Of a stretch of 64,000 nucleotides of DNA, positions 38,529-48,077 are shown piece by piece. This DNA comes from Pirellulales bacterium (GTDB taxonomy: Bacteria; Planctomycetota; Planctomycetia; Pirellulales; JADZDJ01): positions 32,778-96,777 of the forward strand of contig DASRSD010000158.1 in NCBI GenBank assembly GCA_035656635.1, read 5' to 3'. The number at the start of each line of letters is the position of its first letter. Positions within the stretch are counted from its first letter, which is position 1. Position numbers and translations under genes: made by a program. The notes under the pieces are model-generated. The model had not been told where the DNA came from and made no database searches. It was given only the letters and a program-made list of their open reading frames with translations.

Positions 38529-39404
38529 TCAGCCCCCATCTTCCGATTTCACTTTGGCAATCGCCGCTAAAAACTGCTCCATGCTCGGGCAGCGTTCCTC
38601 CGGGTTGGCCGTTAGGCACCACATAATTGTCTTGGCCAGCGTTTTGTTGATTTTTGGCAGCCGCTGGGTAATTTCGATCGGCGGCGCTAAATCGTGCTCC
38701 AGCGCCGCGCGGCCATCGATGCCACGCGTCCACGGCAGATCAAACGTCATGACTTCGTAAGCCGTAACGCCAAAGGCGAACACATCGACACGCTGATCGG
38801 TTTTTCTCCGCCGCACAATTTCCGGCGACATGTAATTGGGCGTGCCCGTACGATTGCCCGGCTGCATAAATTCCGCCCTGGCAGGGAGCGTCAGGCCAAA
38901 ATCGATGAGCGTGACCCGATCGAATTGCGGCGAAACCATGAAGTTTCGCGGGCAAACGTCGCGATGGATGAAGCCCGCTTTGTGCACGGCGGCAATCGCT
39001 TCCGCCATTTTGCGGATAATGTCCAATCGCCGCCCGTCCAATTGCACGCTGCGGCTAATCAACAGCGAGTTCAATCCCACCCCTTCCAGAAACTCCAGCA
39101 CAATGAATTGCTTATTGTCGTAGCTTGTGCCGTGCGCGATGGTCTTGACAATATTGGGATGACTAAGCGCCAGCCCAATTTCTGCCTCGCTGGGTTTATT
39201 GCACCCTTTGAAACGGCTTTCGACAATTTTTGACTTTTCCGAATCGAGAATTTTCAAGCCGACTATTTGTCCGGTTTGCCGATCGCGGACCTTGAAAAAG
39301 CTGGACATCGTGCCGGAAACCGTCTCGCGCAGCATTTCGTACTTGCTGTCGATGTCGACCTTGCTGGACAGCATCGACAGGAAATGATCGAACAATTTGG
39401 CCAT
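38529..39404 (-). CDS. Ser/Thr protein kinase (kinase domain only)
   Basis: VGLK, IHRDVCPRNFMV, DFGL and YMSPE motifs. The Gly-rich loop is atypical (SGTMSSF). Confidence 0.8.
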   Translation of the reverse strand: MAKLFDHFLSMLSSKVDIDSKYEMLRETVSGTMSSFFKVRDRQTGQIVGLKILDSEKSKIVESRFKGCNKPSEAEIGLALSHPNIVKTIAHGTSYDNKQFIVLEFLEGVGLNSLLISRSVQLDGRRLDIIRKMAEAIAAVHKAGFIHRDVCPRNFMVSPQFDRVTLIDFGLTLPARAEFMQPGNRTGTPNYMSPEIVRRRKTDQRVDVFAFGVTAYEVMTFDLPWTRGIDGRAALEHDLAPPIEITQRLPKINKTLAKTIMWCLTANPEERCPSMEQFLAAIAKVKSEDGG

Positions 39405-39553
39405 ACGTAGCAGTTCCTGCTGCCGATGATGCCGACCGGCCGCCAGATGTCGGCCAACACCGCGGAGTATGCCGACTCAAAGGAGGTTCTGTTCCGTCAC
39501 GTTCGCTGCCCTTCAATTTACTGTAAAGACAGCGGGCTGATCAGGCAAGCGGA

Positions 39554-40570
39554 TCAACGAGGCTTCGGCGAATTTCGCGGCGGCGAAAGCTCACAGCGAT
39601 CCGGCAATGGCCCTTCGGCCAAATAGGCGCCGCCCCCTCGCGCTTTGGCATTGTACATGGCGGCGTCGGCCCGCGAAATTAGTTCTTCGGCCGTCAGCAC
39701 TCCGTCTGCAGCCGTGGCAATTCCGATGCTTGCGCCGATGGTTATCGCCCCGGCGCCCGTTCCGTCGAGGGCAAAGGGCAAATGCAAATGTTCCAAAATC
39801 CGCTCGGCCACATTGATGGCGTCTGCCGGCTGATCGAGATCGTCCAGCAAAATAATGAACTCGTCGCCATCGCGCCGGGCGACCATGTCTTGCGGCCTCA
39901 CCGCTTCCACTAAACGATGTGCCGCATTCACCAACAACTTATCGCCCAGCACATGGCCGTATTGATCGTTGACGCTTTTGAAGCGATCCAAATCGACAAA
40001 TAGCACGGCAAAGCAGTGGTGCATTCGGCCGGCTCGTTCGATGATTCGCTCCAAGCGGCGCTGGAACAATCGTCGGTTGGGAAGCCGTGTCAACGGATCA
40101 TGAAAGGCATCGTCAAATGCATCCCGGCGCGGCATTCCGCCATCGGCGGCGCCGCCAATCGGCCGTAAGCCCAGCACCGTTAGTTTCCGTTCGTCCGTCA
40201 ACACAGCCGAGTGGTTTTCCGGAGTTACTGCGCTGAGTTCGCGCTCCGCATCGGCCAGGGGATAAAGATGCAGCATCACTTCCCGCAATTCGTCCGTGCC
40301 GGGGTCAATGGCTCGGCTCAGAACAAAGCCGCTGATGGAATCGACCAGCGACGAAAGCTGAAGCTCGGGCAGCAAATCGGCAAGCATCCAGGAGCCAATC
40401 CCCTGGTGCGAGGGCAGCCATGTATCAGCAGCGGCGTTCAACGCCCGCAATTCTTCTGTGGAAGAATCAACAAGAAACAACGCTTCCGGCAGGGCGTCCA
40501 ATACCGCCTGACGCAGGCCGGCAATCGACCGACTTCGGCCGTCGGAAGTCAAAACAAGTGGATTCATCAA
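39554..40570 (-). CDS. GGDEF-domain protein (diguanylate cyclase-like, DGDEF variant)
   Basis: DPLTRLPNRRLF, FVDLDRFKSVNDQYGH, RPQD-MVARR-DGDEF and YNAKARGGG. Confidence 0.8.
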   Translation of the reverse strand: MMNPLVLTSDGRSRSIAGLRQAVLDALPEALFLVDSSTEELRALNAAADTWLPSHQGIGSWMLADLLPELQLSSLVDSISGFVLSRAIDPGTDELREVMLHLYPLADAERELSAVTPENHSAVLTDERKLTVLGLRPIGGAADGGMPRRDAFDDAFHDPLTRLPNRRLFQRRLERIIERAGRMHHCFAVLFVDLDRFKSVNDQYGHVLGDKLLVNAAHRLVEAVRPQDMVARRDGDEFIILLDDLDQPADAINVAERILEHLHLPFALDGTGAGAITIGASIGIATAADGVLTAEELISRADAAMYNAKARGGGAYLAEGPLPDRCELSPPRNSPKPR

Positions 40571-40835
40571 TGTTGCCGCCTCAGAGAACGTGAAACGTGG
40601 CGCTCACGTGTCCTGGCCTTGTCATGTCAGCTTAGTCGTCGATTGCATGGCTGGCAAGTTACGGCCCAACTTGAACGCCGTGCGAGCTAGCAAAACATGC
40701 AGATTCCGAATATCGTTATAAGTATGCGTGATTTAGGCGGTTACGAAGCCGCATCGACCTCGCTTGCCAGCGTTGGATTTTCGATTCGTGTTATTTGTAG
40801 TTAGAAATTTATAAGGGCAACCTTTCCAGCAAATC

Positions 40836-41915
40836 ATGAGTGTTGCCCTCATTACCGGTTCCGCAGGGCTGATTGGCTCGCAAGCCAGCCGCTATTTTGC
40901 CGAGCTGGGCCTGGATGTCGTGGGCATCGACAACGACATGCGCCGGCATTTCTTCGGCGACAATGCATCAACCCGCTGGCAGCGCCAAGCGCTGGAACAA
41001 GAACTGGGCCCGCGCTACCGACACGTGGATGCGGATATTCGTGACGCAGATGCCATCCGGGCCGTTTTTCAACATCACGGTTCACAAATCGCGCTGGTGA
41101 TTCACACGGCGGCTCAGCCGGCGCACGATTGGGCAGCCGGCGATCCAACGACCGATTTCAGCGTCAATGCGGTCGGCACGTTGCAGCTTTTGGAAGCCAC
41201 GCGCTTGGCGGCGCCGGAAGCGGTGTTTATTTTCACCTCCACCAACAAAGTGTATGGCGATGCCCCCAACCGCTTGCCGCTCGTGGAACTTCAGACGCGC
41301 TGGGAAATTGATCCCGCGCATCCCTGGAGCAGTGGCATTCCCGAGGAAATGTCAATCGATCAAACACTGCACAGCCTGTTCGGCGCGTCCAAAGTGGCCG
41401 CCGACGTGTTGGTGCAAGAGTACGGCCGCTATTTTGGACTGAAAACGGTCTGCTTCCGCGGCGGTTGCATTACGGGACCTAACCACAGCGGCGCACAATT
41501 GCATGGCTTTTTGGCATACTTGGTGAAATGCGCCGCCACCAACACGCCCTACACCGTCTTCGGTTATCGTGGAAAGCAGGTCCGCGACAACATTCACAGC
41601 AGCGATTTAATTTCCGCCTTTGCACATTTTTTTCGTCAGCCGCGCCGCGGCGAAGTGTACAACATGGGCGGCAGCCGCTTCAGCAATTGCTCCATGCTGG
41701 AAGCGATTAAGTTGTGCGAAGACCTGACGCACAGGAAACTGCATTCCACGTATTCCGATGCCAACCGGATGGGCGATCACCAGTGGTGGATCAGCAGCGT
41801 GGCCAAGTTTCAACAGCACTATCCCGATTGGAAACTGACGTATGACGTGCCGCGAATTATTCGGGAAATTTACGAGGCCAACGCCGACCGCTGGAATCCT
41901 GATGGCAATCATTGA
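40836..41915 (+). CDS. NAD-dependent epimerase/dehydratase (extended SDR, CDP-paratose/tyvelose 2-epimerase-like)
   Basis: [10 protein letters not shown] Rossmann motif, TSTNKVYG, and [10 protein letters not shown] at the YxxxK position. Confidence 0.8.
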   Translation: MSVALITGSAGLIGSQASRYFAELGLDVVGIDNDMRRHFFGDNASTRWQRQALEQELGPRYRHVDADIRDADAIRAVFQHHGSQIALVIHTAAQPAHDWAAGDPTTDFSVNAVGTLQLLEATRLAAPEAVFIFTSTNKVYGDAPNRLPLVELQTRWEIDPAHPWSSGIPEEMSIDQTLHSLFGASKVAADVLVQEYGRYFGLKTVCFRGGCITGPNHSGAQLHGFLAYLVKCAATNTPYTVFGYRGKQVRDNIHSSDLISAFAHFFRQPRRGEVYNMGGSRFSNCSMLEAIKLCEDLTHRKLHSTYSDANRMGDHQWWISSVAKFQQHYPDWKLTYDVPRIIREIYEANADRWNPDGNH

Positions 41916-41954
41916 GCGCAGTGCGGAAAACCCGCAACCGGCGGCGCACAATGG

Positions 41955-42872
41955 TTAGGACCTTTTAGAAAATTTCCGGGCTTGTGCGGCAATATCTAGC
42001 TCGGCCATTTCATTCCACGCCGCAAGCAGCTGTTGAAACACCTTTCCAGGCTGGCCGTTGCCAATTGCCTGGCCGTTTAAGCGCGTGACCGGAAGCAAGC
42101 AATTCGGCGTGCTGCTGACGAATGCCTCATCGGCGCGGGCAAATTCATCCGGCTTCAAATCTTTGTTGGCAAATGGAATTCCCAATCGACCGGCCAACTC
42201 GGTCACCACTTGCAAGCTGATTCCAGGCAGAACTTGTTCCAGCGGCGGCGAAACTAAGCCCCGATTGGCATAGTAAGCCACGACGTTGGCCGTCGACGTT
42301 TCGGAAATCAGGCCGCCCGCGTTCAACAGCAAAGCCCGCGATCCTGGCTCGGCCTCCGCCGCTTCCTGATCGGCCAAAAAATAGTGCATGCGGCTGCGGC
42401 ACTTCAAGGCCGCCGGCCAACATTCCGGCGGAACTTGTTGGATGGGGGTTGTGCGCAGCGCCACGCCTTGCTGATACCGATCGGCCCACAGATGAAACGG
42501 CAATCGATAGGTATGCAACCCGACAGTCGGTCCACCGGCAACTCCCTCCGCCATGGATGTGTAAGGACCCGGCGTAATGAAAATGCACAGGCCCAAGTCG
42601 TCGGCCGGATCGATCAGCCTGCGGTTATCGGCCACGAGCCGGGCGGCAATGTCGGCCAGCTCGGGCAACGATTCGCGCGGTTCAATGCCGGCGGTTTGCA
42701 GCGAAGTGTGCAAGCGGTTCAAATGCTCGGGCAGCCGAAACAACTCGCCCCGAAAAGTTCGCAATTGCTCGGTGACCGTGGCGCCTAGCACGAACCCGGT
42801 GTCATATACCGGAAGCACCGCCTGCGAAGCGGGAAGCAATTGACCGTTCAAATAAGCAACCGGCTCAGGCAT
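41955..42872 (-). CDS. class IV aminotransferase (BCAT / D-aminotransferase / ADC lyase family)
   Basis: YLNGQLLPASQAVLPVYDTGFVLGATVTEQLRTF... fold-type IV pattern. Start trimmed to MPEPVAYLNG. Confidence 0.75.
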   Translation of the reverse strand: MPEPVAYLNGQLLPASQAVLPVYDTGFVLGATVTEQLRTFRGELFRLPEHLNRLHTSLQTAGIEPRESLPELADIAARLVADNRRLIDPADDLGLCIFITPGPYTSMAEGVAGGPTVGLHTYRLPFHLWADRYQQGVALRTTPIQQVPPECWPAALKCRSRMHYFLADQEAAEAEPGSRALLLNAGGLISETSTANVVAYYANRGLVSPPLEQVLPGISLQVVTELAGRLGIPFANKDLKPDEFARADEAFVSSTPNCLLPVTRLNGQAIGNGQPGKVFQQLLAAWNEMAELDIAAQARKFSKRS

Positions 42873-43001
42873 GGCGACGCAAAATGGCGGAAAGCAACTC
42901 GATCTTGCGGCGAAAATCAACGCATCATTTTCCAAGATGACAGACGGAGCCAATCGCCGTCAAGCCACAGGAAAATTCTGCACGTTTGGGTTCGGCCTTC
43001 G

Positions 43002-44039
43002 TTAATCGGCCAATCCAACATACGGCCGCATCATCGCCACGATGCCGGGGTTATAAAAATAGTTTCCCCAATAATGCCGTTTCCCCACGGCGCAGCACAT
43101 ATTGTATTCGCTCAACTTGCTGGCGTTTTCACCCAACGGACCCACCGCGCCGGTGTAGCCCAGAGCTTGGGGCTTATTGCAGGGATCAATCACGTCGTAA
43201 CGTTTTAAGGCCATGTCGCAACCATTGTTCAGCGACAACATTCGCTCCACCGCCGGCAGGGCCTCGCCGTGGGCGTGACCAATGGCCAGCCAATCATTGT
43301 TCACGGCCGGCGCCACCAACACAGCCTGCATGGGCGCCAATCGTTTCGTGGGCGGCAGTGCCCAACCGCATAATGTGCCCCCGCCCAGCAGATGCAACGC
43401 CCCGGTTACAATGCGGGCGCCGAAGCTGTAGCCAATAATATCGACCTGAAGGCGCGAATCCATTTGGCTCACCAGCCAGCCCAAGTAATAGCCGTCGACA
43501 TTCGTGCGGGCGGCTTTCACTCGGGCGTCTTCTTTCAAGCCATGAATGGGAGCGGAGGGCCAGGAAAAAATGACGAACCGGATGGGCCTATCGCCGGAAA
43601 CACCGGCCGTTAATTGCTGATAGATTTCCATGGCATCTTCGCGCGCTTCGTCGGCATATTTCCGATTGCCATGCACCCAAAACACCGTGGGCAGCGCGGC
43701 ATTGTTGGCGGCTAGAAAAGCGGCCTGCGAAGAGCGGTTCCACTCGTGCGCGTTCAAATCGCACTGCCACACTTCCAATTGCGGCGGACTGGCTTCGTGA
43801 TCGGGACAGCCCAGGCCGCGTGTGCTGACCAGCCACACCTCGTCGTGCGTGCGCGGCAAGCAAACCGCAGGCTCAGGAGGGCATGCAGCCGACGAAGTGC
43901 CGCAGTGCGCATCGTCGGCGGTTGCTGGCCGCAACGCGGCGGCTATCAGCGCCACGTACACCGTAGCGCAAGCCGCGAGCACTTTCAGCCCAGGTGCCGG
44001 CCGCGGCCACGAAACGAATGACCTTTGCATAATCGGCAA
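43002..44039 (-). CDS. secreted alpha/beta hydrolase, DUF900-like
   Basis: TVFWVHGN, FVIFSWPS and IIGYSFGARIV (GxSxG) match the DUF900 pattern as I remember it. Confidence 0.5.
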   Translation of the reverse strand: MPIMQRSFVSWPRPAPGLKVLAACATVYVALIAAALRPATADDAHCGTSSAACPPEPAVCLPRTHDEVWLVSTRGLGCPDHEASPPQLEVWQCDLNAHEWNRSSQAAFLAANNAALPTVFWVHGNRKYADEAREDAMEIYQQLTAGVSGDRPIRFVIFSWPSAPIHGLKEDARVKAARTNVDGYYLGWLVSQMDSRLQVDIIGYSFGARIVTGALHLLGGGTLCGWALPPTKRLAPMQAVLVAPAVNNDWLAIGHAHGEALPAVERMLSLNNGCDMALKRYDVIDPCNKPQALGYTGAVGPLGENASKLSEYNMCCAVGKRHYWGNYFYNPGIVAMMRPYVGLAD

Positions 44040-44192
44040 ATCCGCCAGAATCCGTTTTTGCGGTGAAGATGTTGCGCGCGGACCTTCCGCGGTGCGTCAC
44101 AACACGTCATATAGGGGAAAATTATCACCTTTTCCGCCCACAAGTGTTGAGAAAAAAAATCCCGTTGCGAAAAAAAATCGTGCGTGTTGCGT

Positions 44193-44220
44193 TTGCACAT
44201 CACAGGGCGTGGTGTAGAGT
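44193..44220 (+). promoter_or_regulatory. possible sigma-70-type promoter with upstream A-tracts
   Basis: TTGCAC-N16-TAGAGT lies 60-90 nt upstream of the ATG at 44282. It is preceded by two GAAAAAAAATC repeats (UP-element-like). This is a motif match only. Confidence 0.3.
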
Positions 44221-44281
44221 TGCTCGACCCAAACCGAATCGCCTCCCCTCCCGATTTCGTTTTGCACTGGAGAGTTGAGCC

Positions 44282-44548
44282 ATGAGAAGGCTTTTAATTG
44301 TGACGACCCTGGCGGCTTTGACGAGCGTATCGCTTGGCTGCTGTGGCATGGGAAATCCTTGCGGCGGCATGTTTGGCCGACGCGGCGAATGCTCGCCTTG
44401 CGGGGAGCCCGTTGAAGCCGCTCCCTGCGGCTGCAACCACTGCGATGCCTGCAGCGGCGGAGTAATGGGCACTCCCATGATGACCGCTCCGGCCACCACA
44501 GTGACGCCAGGTCCGGCTTACACCACCGGCTATTTGCCGCAGAAGTAA
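44282..44548 (+). CDS. small secreted or lipoprotein-like Cys-rich peptide
   Basis: 88 aa with GGAGAG upstream. It begins MRRLLIVTTLAALTSVSLGCC (lipobox-like) followed by GMGNPCGGMFGRRGECSPCGEPVEAAPCGCNHCDACSGG. There are 9 Cys in about 45 aa. Confidence 0.55.
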   Translation: MRRLLIVTTLAALTSVSLGCCGMGNPCGGMFGRRGECSPCGEPVEAAPCGCNHCDACSGGVMGTPMMTAPATTVTPGPAYTTGYLPQK

Positions 44549-45199
44549 GCTCACCGTTTGCGGAACCTGATGGGCGTGTTTGACCGGCGACAGATCCTGC
44601 GCGGGCAATGGGCGATGGAATCATCGCTCTGCCATTGCCGTTGAGTCAGGTTGTTGCAGTGCTCGATGTTCCGCTCGCGAATTACAAATCAAAAAATTTG
44701 CCGCTGCGCGCGCCGTGCCATCCTGAACACGAATGCACGCAGCGGCGAATCCCGCTTGAGGCGCCGGCAAAAGTCGGCGCCCAGGTGAGGAACTTCGTTT
44801 CCATTGCACAGGGCGAATGATGCACGGTTTTGCTTCCCGTTCGCGCTCTTCACGGCGCGGTCGATTGTTTGTGCGCACCGTCGTAAAATCGGCGGAAACA
44901 AATCGCACAACTTCACCCGCTTTACCTCTGCGAAAAACCGATTTATGCGAACTCACTCGCCCCGCGCTGCCAGCCGGCACGAAATCCGCCCGGTAAAGCC
45001 GCTGCCAGTTCCACCGCCTGCGCCGTCCCCGCATCCGGAACTGAATCTGCCGCTGATCTTCCAGCCGTCGCTCAATTAAATTTGCCACGAGTTACTGGCC
45101 GCCGATCGTGCCCCGCGCTGCGTAGGCTCTATCTCTTCGATTGCCGGTCGGTTATGCTCAATACTGCGCTGGTTGCAGGCCGCTGCGGGGTGGCAGAGT

Positions 45200-45277
45200 G
45201 GGTGCCCGGGGTCGAGGCCGCCGAGCCACCGGAATCCAACCGGTTGGGGGGCTCACTTCGTTCGACCCCAGCCACCC
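45200..45277. repeat. 78-nt palindromic (REP/MITE-like) element, copy 1
   Basis: gggtgcccggggtcga...tcgaccccagccaccc with imperfect inverted arms. It matches the reverse complement of 50302-50379 over its full length. Confidence 0.7.
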
Positions 45278-45344
45278 GACCGCTGCAGCACCGCGCGAGA
45301 TTTTCATAAGATGCGGCCCAGCCGCTCCGCCATTGAGTATCGAA

Positions 45345-46595
45345 ATGTCGCATGCCGCAGAAACTGTCGATTCCATTTCACTGGCGCGCGAAGCCGCCGC
45401 CGGACTGGGCGTGGCCCAAGTAATTCTCAGGCCGCGCAAAGCGCAGCCTTTTTTCGGCCGGCATCCGTGGGTTTTGGATACCGCGATTGATCGAATTGAA
45501 GGCACAGTTTCCAACGGCGACATCGTCGATCTCATTTCCGACAAAGGGAAGTTTATTGCCCGCGGATTTTATAACGGCCACAGCCGCCTTCGTGTGCGGC
45601 TTTACACGTGGGATGCTGGCACTCTGCTGGACGAAGCACTTTTTCGCCGCCGCCTGGAAACGGCCATCGCCCTGCGAAAGCGTTTGGGCTACGACAACCC
45701 TGCCGGCGCCGCACGGCTGGTGTATAGCGAAGCCGACGGACTCAGTGGGCTAATTGTCGACCGCTATGGCGAATATTTATCGGTGCAGGCCACGTCGCTG
45801 GCCGTTTGGCAGCGGTTGGACAAAATTGTGCCGCTGCTTATCGATTTAGTTCATCCGCGCGGAGTGGTGTTGCGCCAGGAGCGCGGCGCCGTACAGATGG
45901 AAGGCATGCCGCACGAGGAAGGACGCGGCTGGGGCGATTTGCCCACGGGCCCTGTCTTCATCGAAGAACATGACCTGCGCTACGGTGTTAATTTGCGCGA
46001 AGGGCACAAAACCGGATTGTATTTGGATCAACGTGAGAATCGCCGAGCGGTGGCCAACTACGTGCAAGGCCGGCGAATGCTCGATATGTTTTGCTACAGC
46101 GGCGGCTTCGCGCTCAATGCCGTAAAACACGGCGGGGCCAGCGAAGTGTTATGCGTCGATAGCAGTGAAAAAGCGTTAGCGCTCGCCCGAGCCAATGCGG
46201 AGTTGAACGGGGTCGCTAATCTTCATTTCCAACCCGGAGACGGCTTCGAGACGCTGCAAGAATTGTCGCTGCAAAAAGAACGCTTCGGCATCGTGGTGCT
46301 CGATCCGCCTAAGTTTGCCCGCAACCGAGCGGCAGTGAACGATGCCTTAATGGCCTACCACCGCATCAACCGGTTGGCCGTGAACTTGCTGGAGCCAGGC
46401 GGAATTTTGGTTACGTGCAGTTGCTCCGGTCACGTGCTGCGCGAAGATTTTCTGCACATGCTCTCGGGCGTGGCTCAGCGCAGCAATCGAGAAATTCAAG
46501 TGTTGGAGCAGCGCGGCGCGGCCCCCGATCATCCCATTAGCACCACTTGCTTGGAGAGCGAGTATTTGAAGTGCTTTGTCTGCCGCGTGGGATGA
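45345..46595 (+). CDS. rlmI: class I SAM-dependent 23S rRNA m5C methyltransferase (RlmI family)
   Basis: PUA-like N-terminus (GHPWV...GDIVDL), VLDMFCYSGGFAL, and DPPKF. Start trimmed to the ATG at 45345. Confidence 0.7.
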   Translation: MSHAAETVDSISLAREAAAGLGVAQVILRPRKAQPFFGRHPWVLDTAIDRIEGTVSNGDIVDLISDKGKFIARGFYNGHSRLRVRLYTWDAGTLLDEALFRRRLETAIALRKRLGYDNPAGAARLVYSEADGLSGLIVDRYGEYLSVQATSLAVWQRLDKIVPLLIDLVHPRGVVLRQERGAVQMEGMPHEEGRGWGDLPTGPVFIEEHDLRYGVNLREGHKTGLYLDQRENRRAVANYVQGRRMLDMFCYSGGFALNAVKHGGASEVLCVDSSEKALALARANAELNGVANLHFQPGDGFETLQELSLQKERFGIVVLDPPKFARNRAAVNDALMAYHRINRLAVNLLEPGGILVTCSCSGHVLREDFLHMLSGVAQRSNREIQVLEQRGAAPDHPISTTCLESEYLKCFVCRVG

Positions 46596-46603
46596 GGGAA
46601 GGC

Positions 46604-48064
46604 ATGGCCACTTATCCCAAGGTCGCCCAACTCAAAAATCCCGCGGCGCTAACTGCGCGCCTGGCGGAGTTGGGTTTGGAATTGCCCCTCGACGAGCGCA
46701 TTCTCACCGCGGCCGAAAACTCCCCCATGGCCCAGCCACTTATGATCGGCGGCATGCGGATCGGCAACCGTTGGTGCATTCATCCCATGGAAGGCTGGGA
46801 TGCCAATCCGGATGGCTCGCCCTCTCCGCACACGCTGCGCCGGTGGCGAAATTTCGGCTTGAGCGGGGCGAAGTGGATTTGGGGGGGCGAAGCGGCGGCC
46901 GTGCAGCCCGATGGCCGCGCGAATCCCCATCAAACCTTGGCCACTTCTTCAAACCGCAACGGTTTGGCCGCGCTGTTGAGCGCATGCCGCACGGCCCATC
47001 GAGAAGCGTTCGGAAATGACGACGATTTGTTCGTCGGCCTGCAACTCACCCACTCGGGCCGGTTTTCTCGTCCGCACGACAAGCGATTGGAGCCGCGAAT
47101 TGCGTATCATCATCCGCTATTAGATGCGAAGTTTGGCATCGACCCGCAAGATCCATCCATCGTTTGGACCGACGATGATTTGGAGCGTTTGATCGTTTCG
47201 TACGTTACGGCGGCCGGCTTGGCCGCAGGAGTTGGCTTTCAGTTCGTCGACATCAAGGCCTGCCACGGTTATTTGATGCACGAATTTTTGAGTGCCCGTT
47301 CACGGCCTGGGCGATTTGGCGGCGATTTAACGGGCCGCTCCCGGCTGCTGTTTTCGGTTGTCGAGCGCATTCGCAGCCAGTTTCCACAATTGATGGTGGT
47401 CGTGCGGCTGAGCGCTTTCGACACGCTGCCCTACAAAACCGGCCGCGAAATTGGCCAGCCGCTAGATTATCGTCACTTATTGCCATACGAATATGGTTTT
47501 GGCGTGGATCCAAACGATCCGTTGAAATTCGACATGCGCGAGCCCATCGAGCTTCTTCGTCGCTTGCACACGGCAGGCGTGGCGGCGGTGAATTTGTCGT
47601 GCGGCAGTCCGTATTACAATCCGCACATTCAGCGCCCGGCAATTTTTCCACCCAGCGATGGTTACTTGCCGCCGGAAGATCCTCTGGTGGGCGTCGTGCG
47701 GCTAATTCAAGCGGCCCGGCAATGCAAATTGGCGGTGCCGGAAATGCCGATGGTGGGCTCCGGCTATTCCTATCTGCAAGATTACGTGCCGCATGTGGCG
47801 CAAGCCGTGGTGCGGGCCGGCTGGATCGATGCCGTGGGCTTGGGCCGGATGGTGTTGGCTTATCCCGGCTTGCCGGCCGATTCGCTCGCCACCGGGAAAC
47901 TGGCCCGCAAATTAATTTGCCGCACCTTCAGCGATTGCACCACCGCCCCGCGCAACGGCATGATTTCCGGCTGCTTCCCGCTCGATCCATATTACAAAGC
48001 GCTACCGGAAGCGGAGGAACTGCGCGACATCAAAGCAACAATTGAGGCCGAGGAAAAAGCATAA
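46604..48064 (+). CDS. NADH:flavin oxidoreductase, Old Yellow Enzyme family
   Basis: RIGNRWCIHPMEG, GVGFQFVDIKACHGYLMHEFLS and LGRMVLAYP are typical of the OYE TIM barrel. Start trimmed to the ATG at 46604. Confidence 0.8.
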   Translation: MATYPKVAQLKNPAALTARLAELGLELPLDERILTAAENSPMAQPLMIGGMRIGNRWCIHPMEGWDANPDGSPSPHTLRRWRNFGLSGAKWIWGGEAAAVQPDGRANPHQTLATSSNRNGLAALLSACRTAHREAFGNDDDLFVGLQLTHSGRFSRPHDKRLEPRIAYHHPLLDAKFGIDPQDPSIVWTDDDLERLIVSYVTAAGLAAGVGFQFVDIKACHGYLMHEFLSARSRPGRFGGDLTGRSRLLFSVVERIRSQFPQLMVVVRLSAFDTLPYKTGREIGQPLDYRHLLPYEYGFGVDPNDPLKFDMREPIELLRRLHTAGVAAVNLSCGSPYYNPHIQRPAIFPPSDGYLPPEDPLVGVVRLIQAARQCKLAVPEMPMVGSGYSYLQDYVPHVAQAVVRAGWIDAVGLGRMVLAYPGLPADSLATGKLARKLICRTFSDCTTAPRNGMISGCFPLDPYYKALPEAEELRDIKATIEAEEKA

Positions 48065-48077
48065 CGTGCCGCGGCTT

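Noticed and set aside
44621-45088. 155-aa minus-strand and 91-aa plus-strand ORFs in the 800-bp gap
   Set aside because: Their Arg- or Pro-rich, low-complexity translations are typical of off-frame reading in GC-rich DNA. There is no RBS or motif. The region is reported as an unexplained gap instead.
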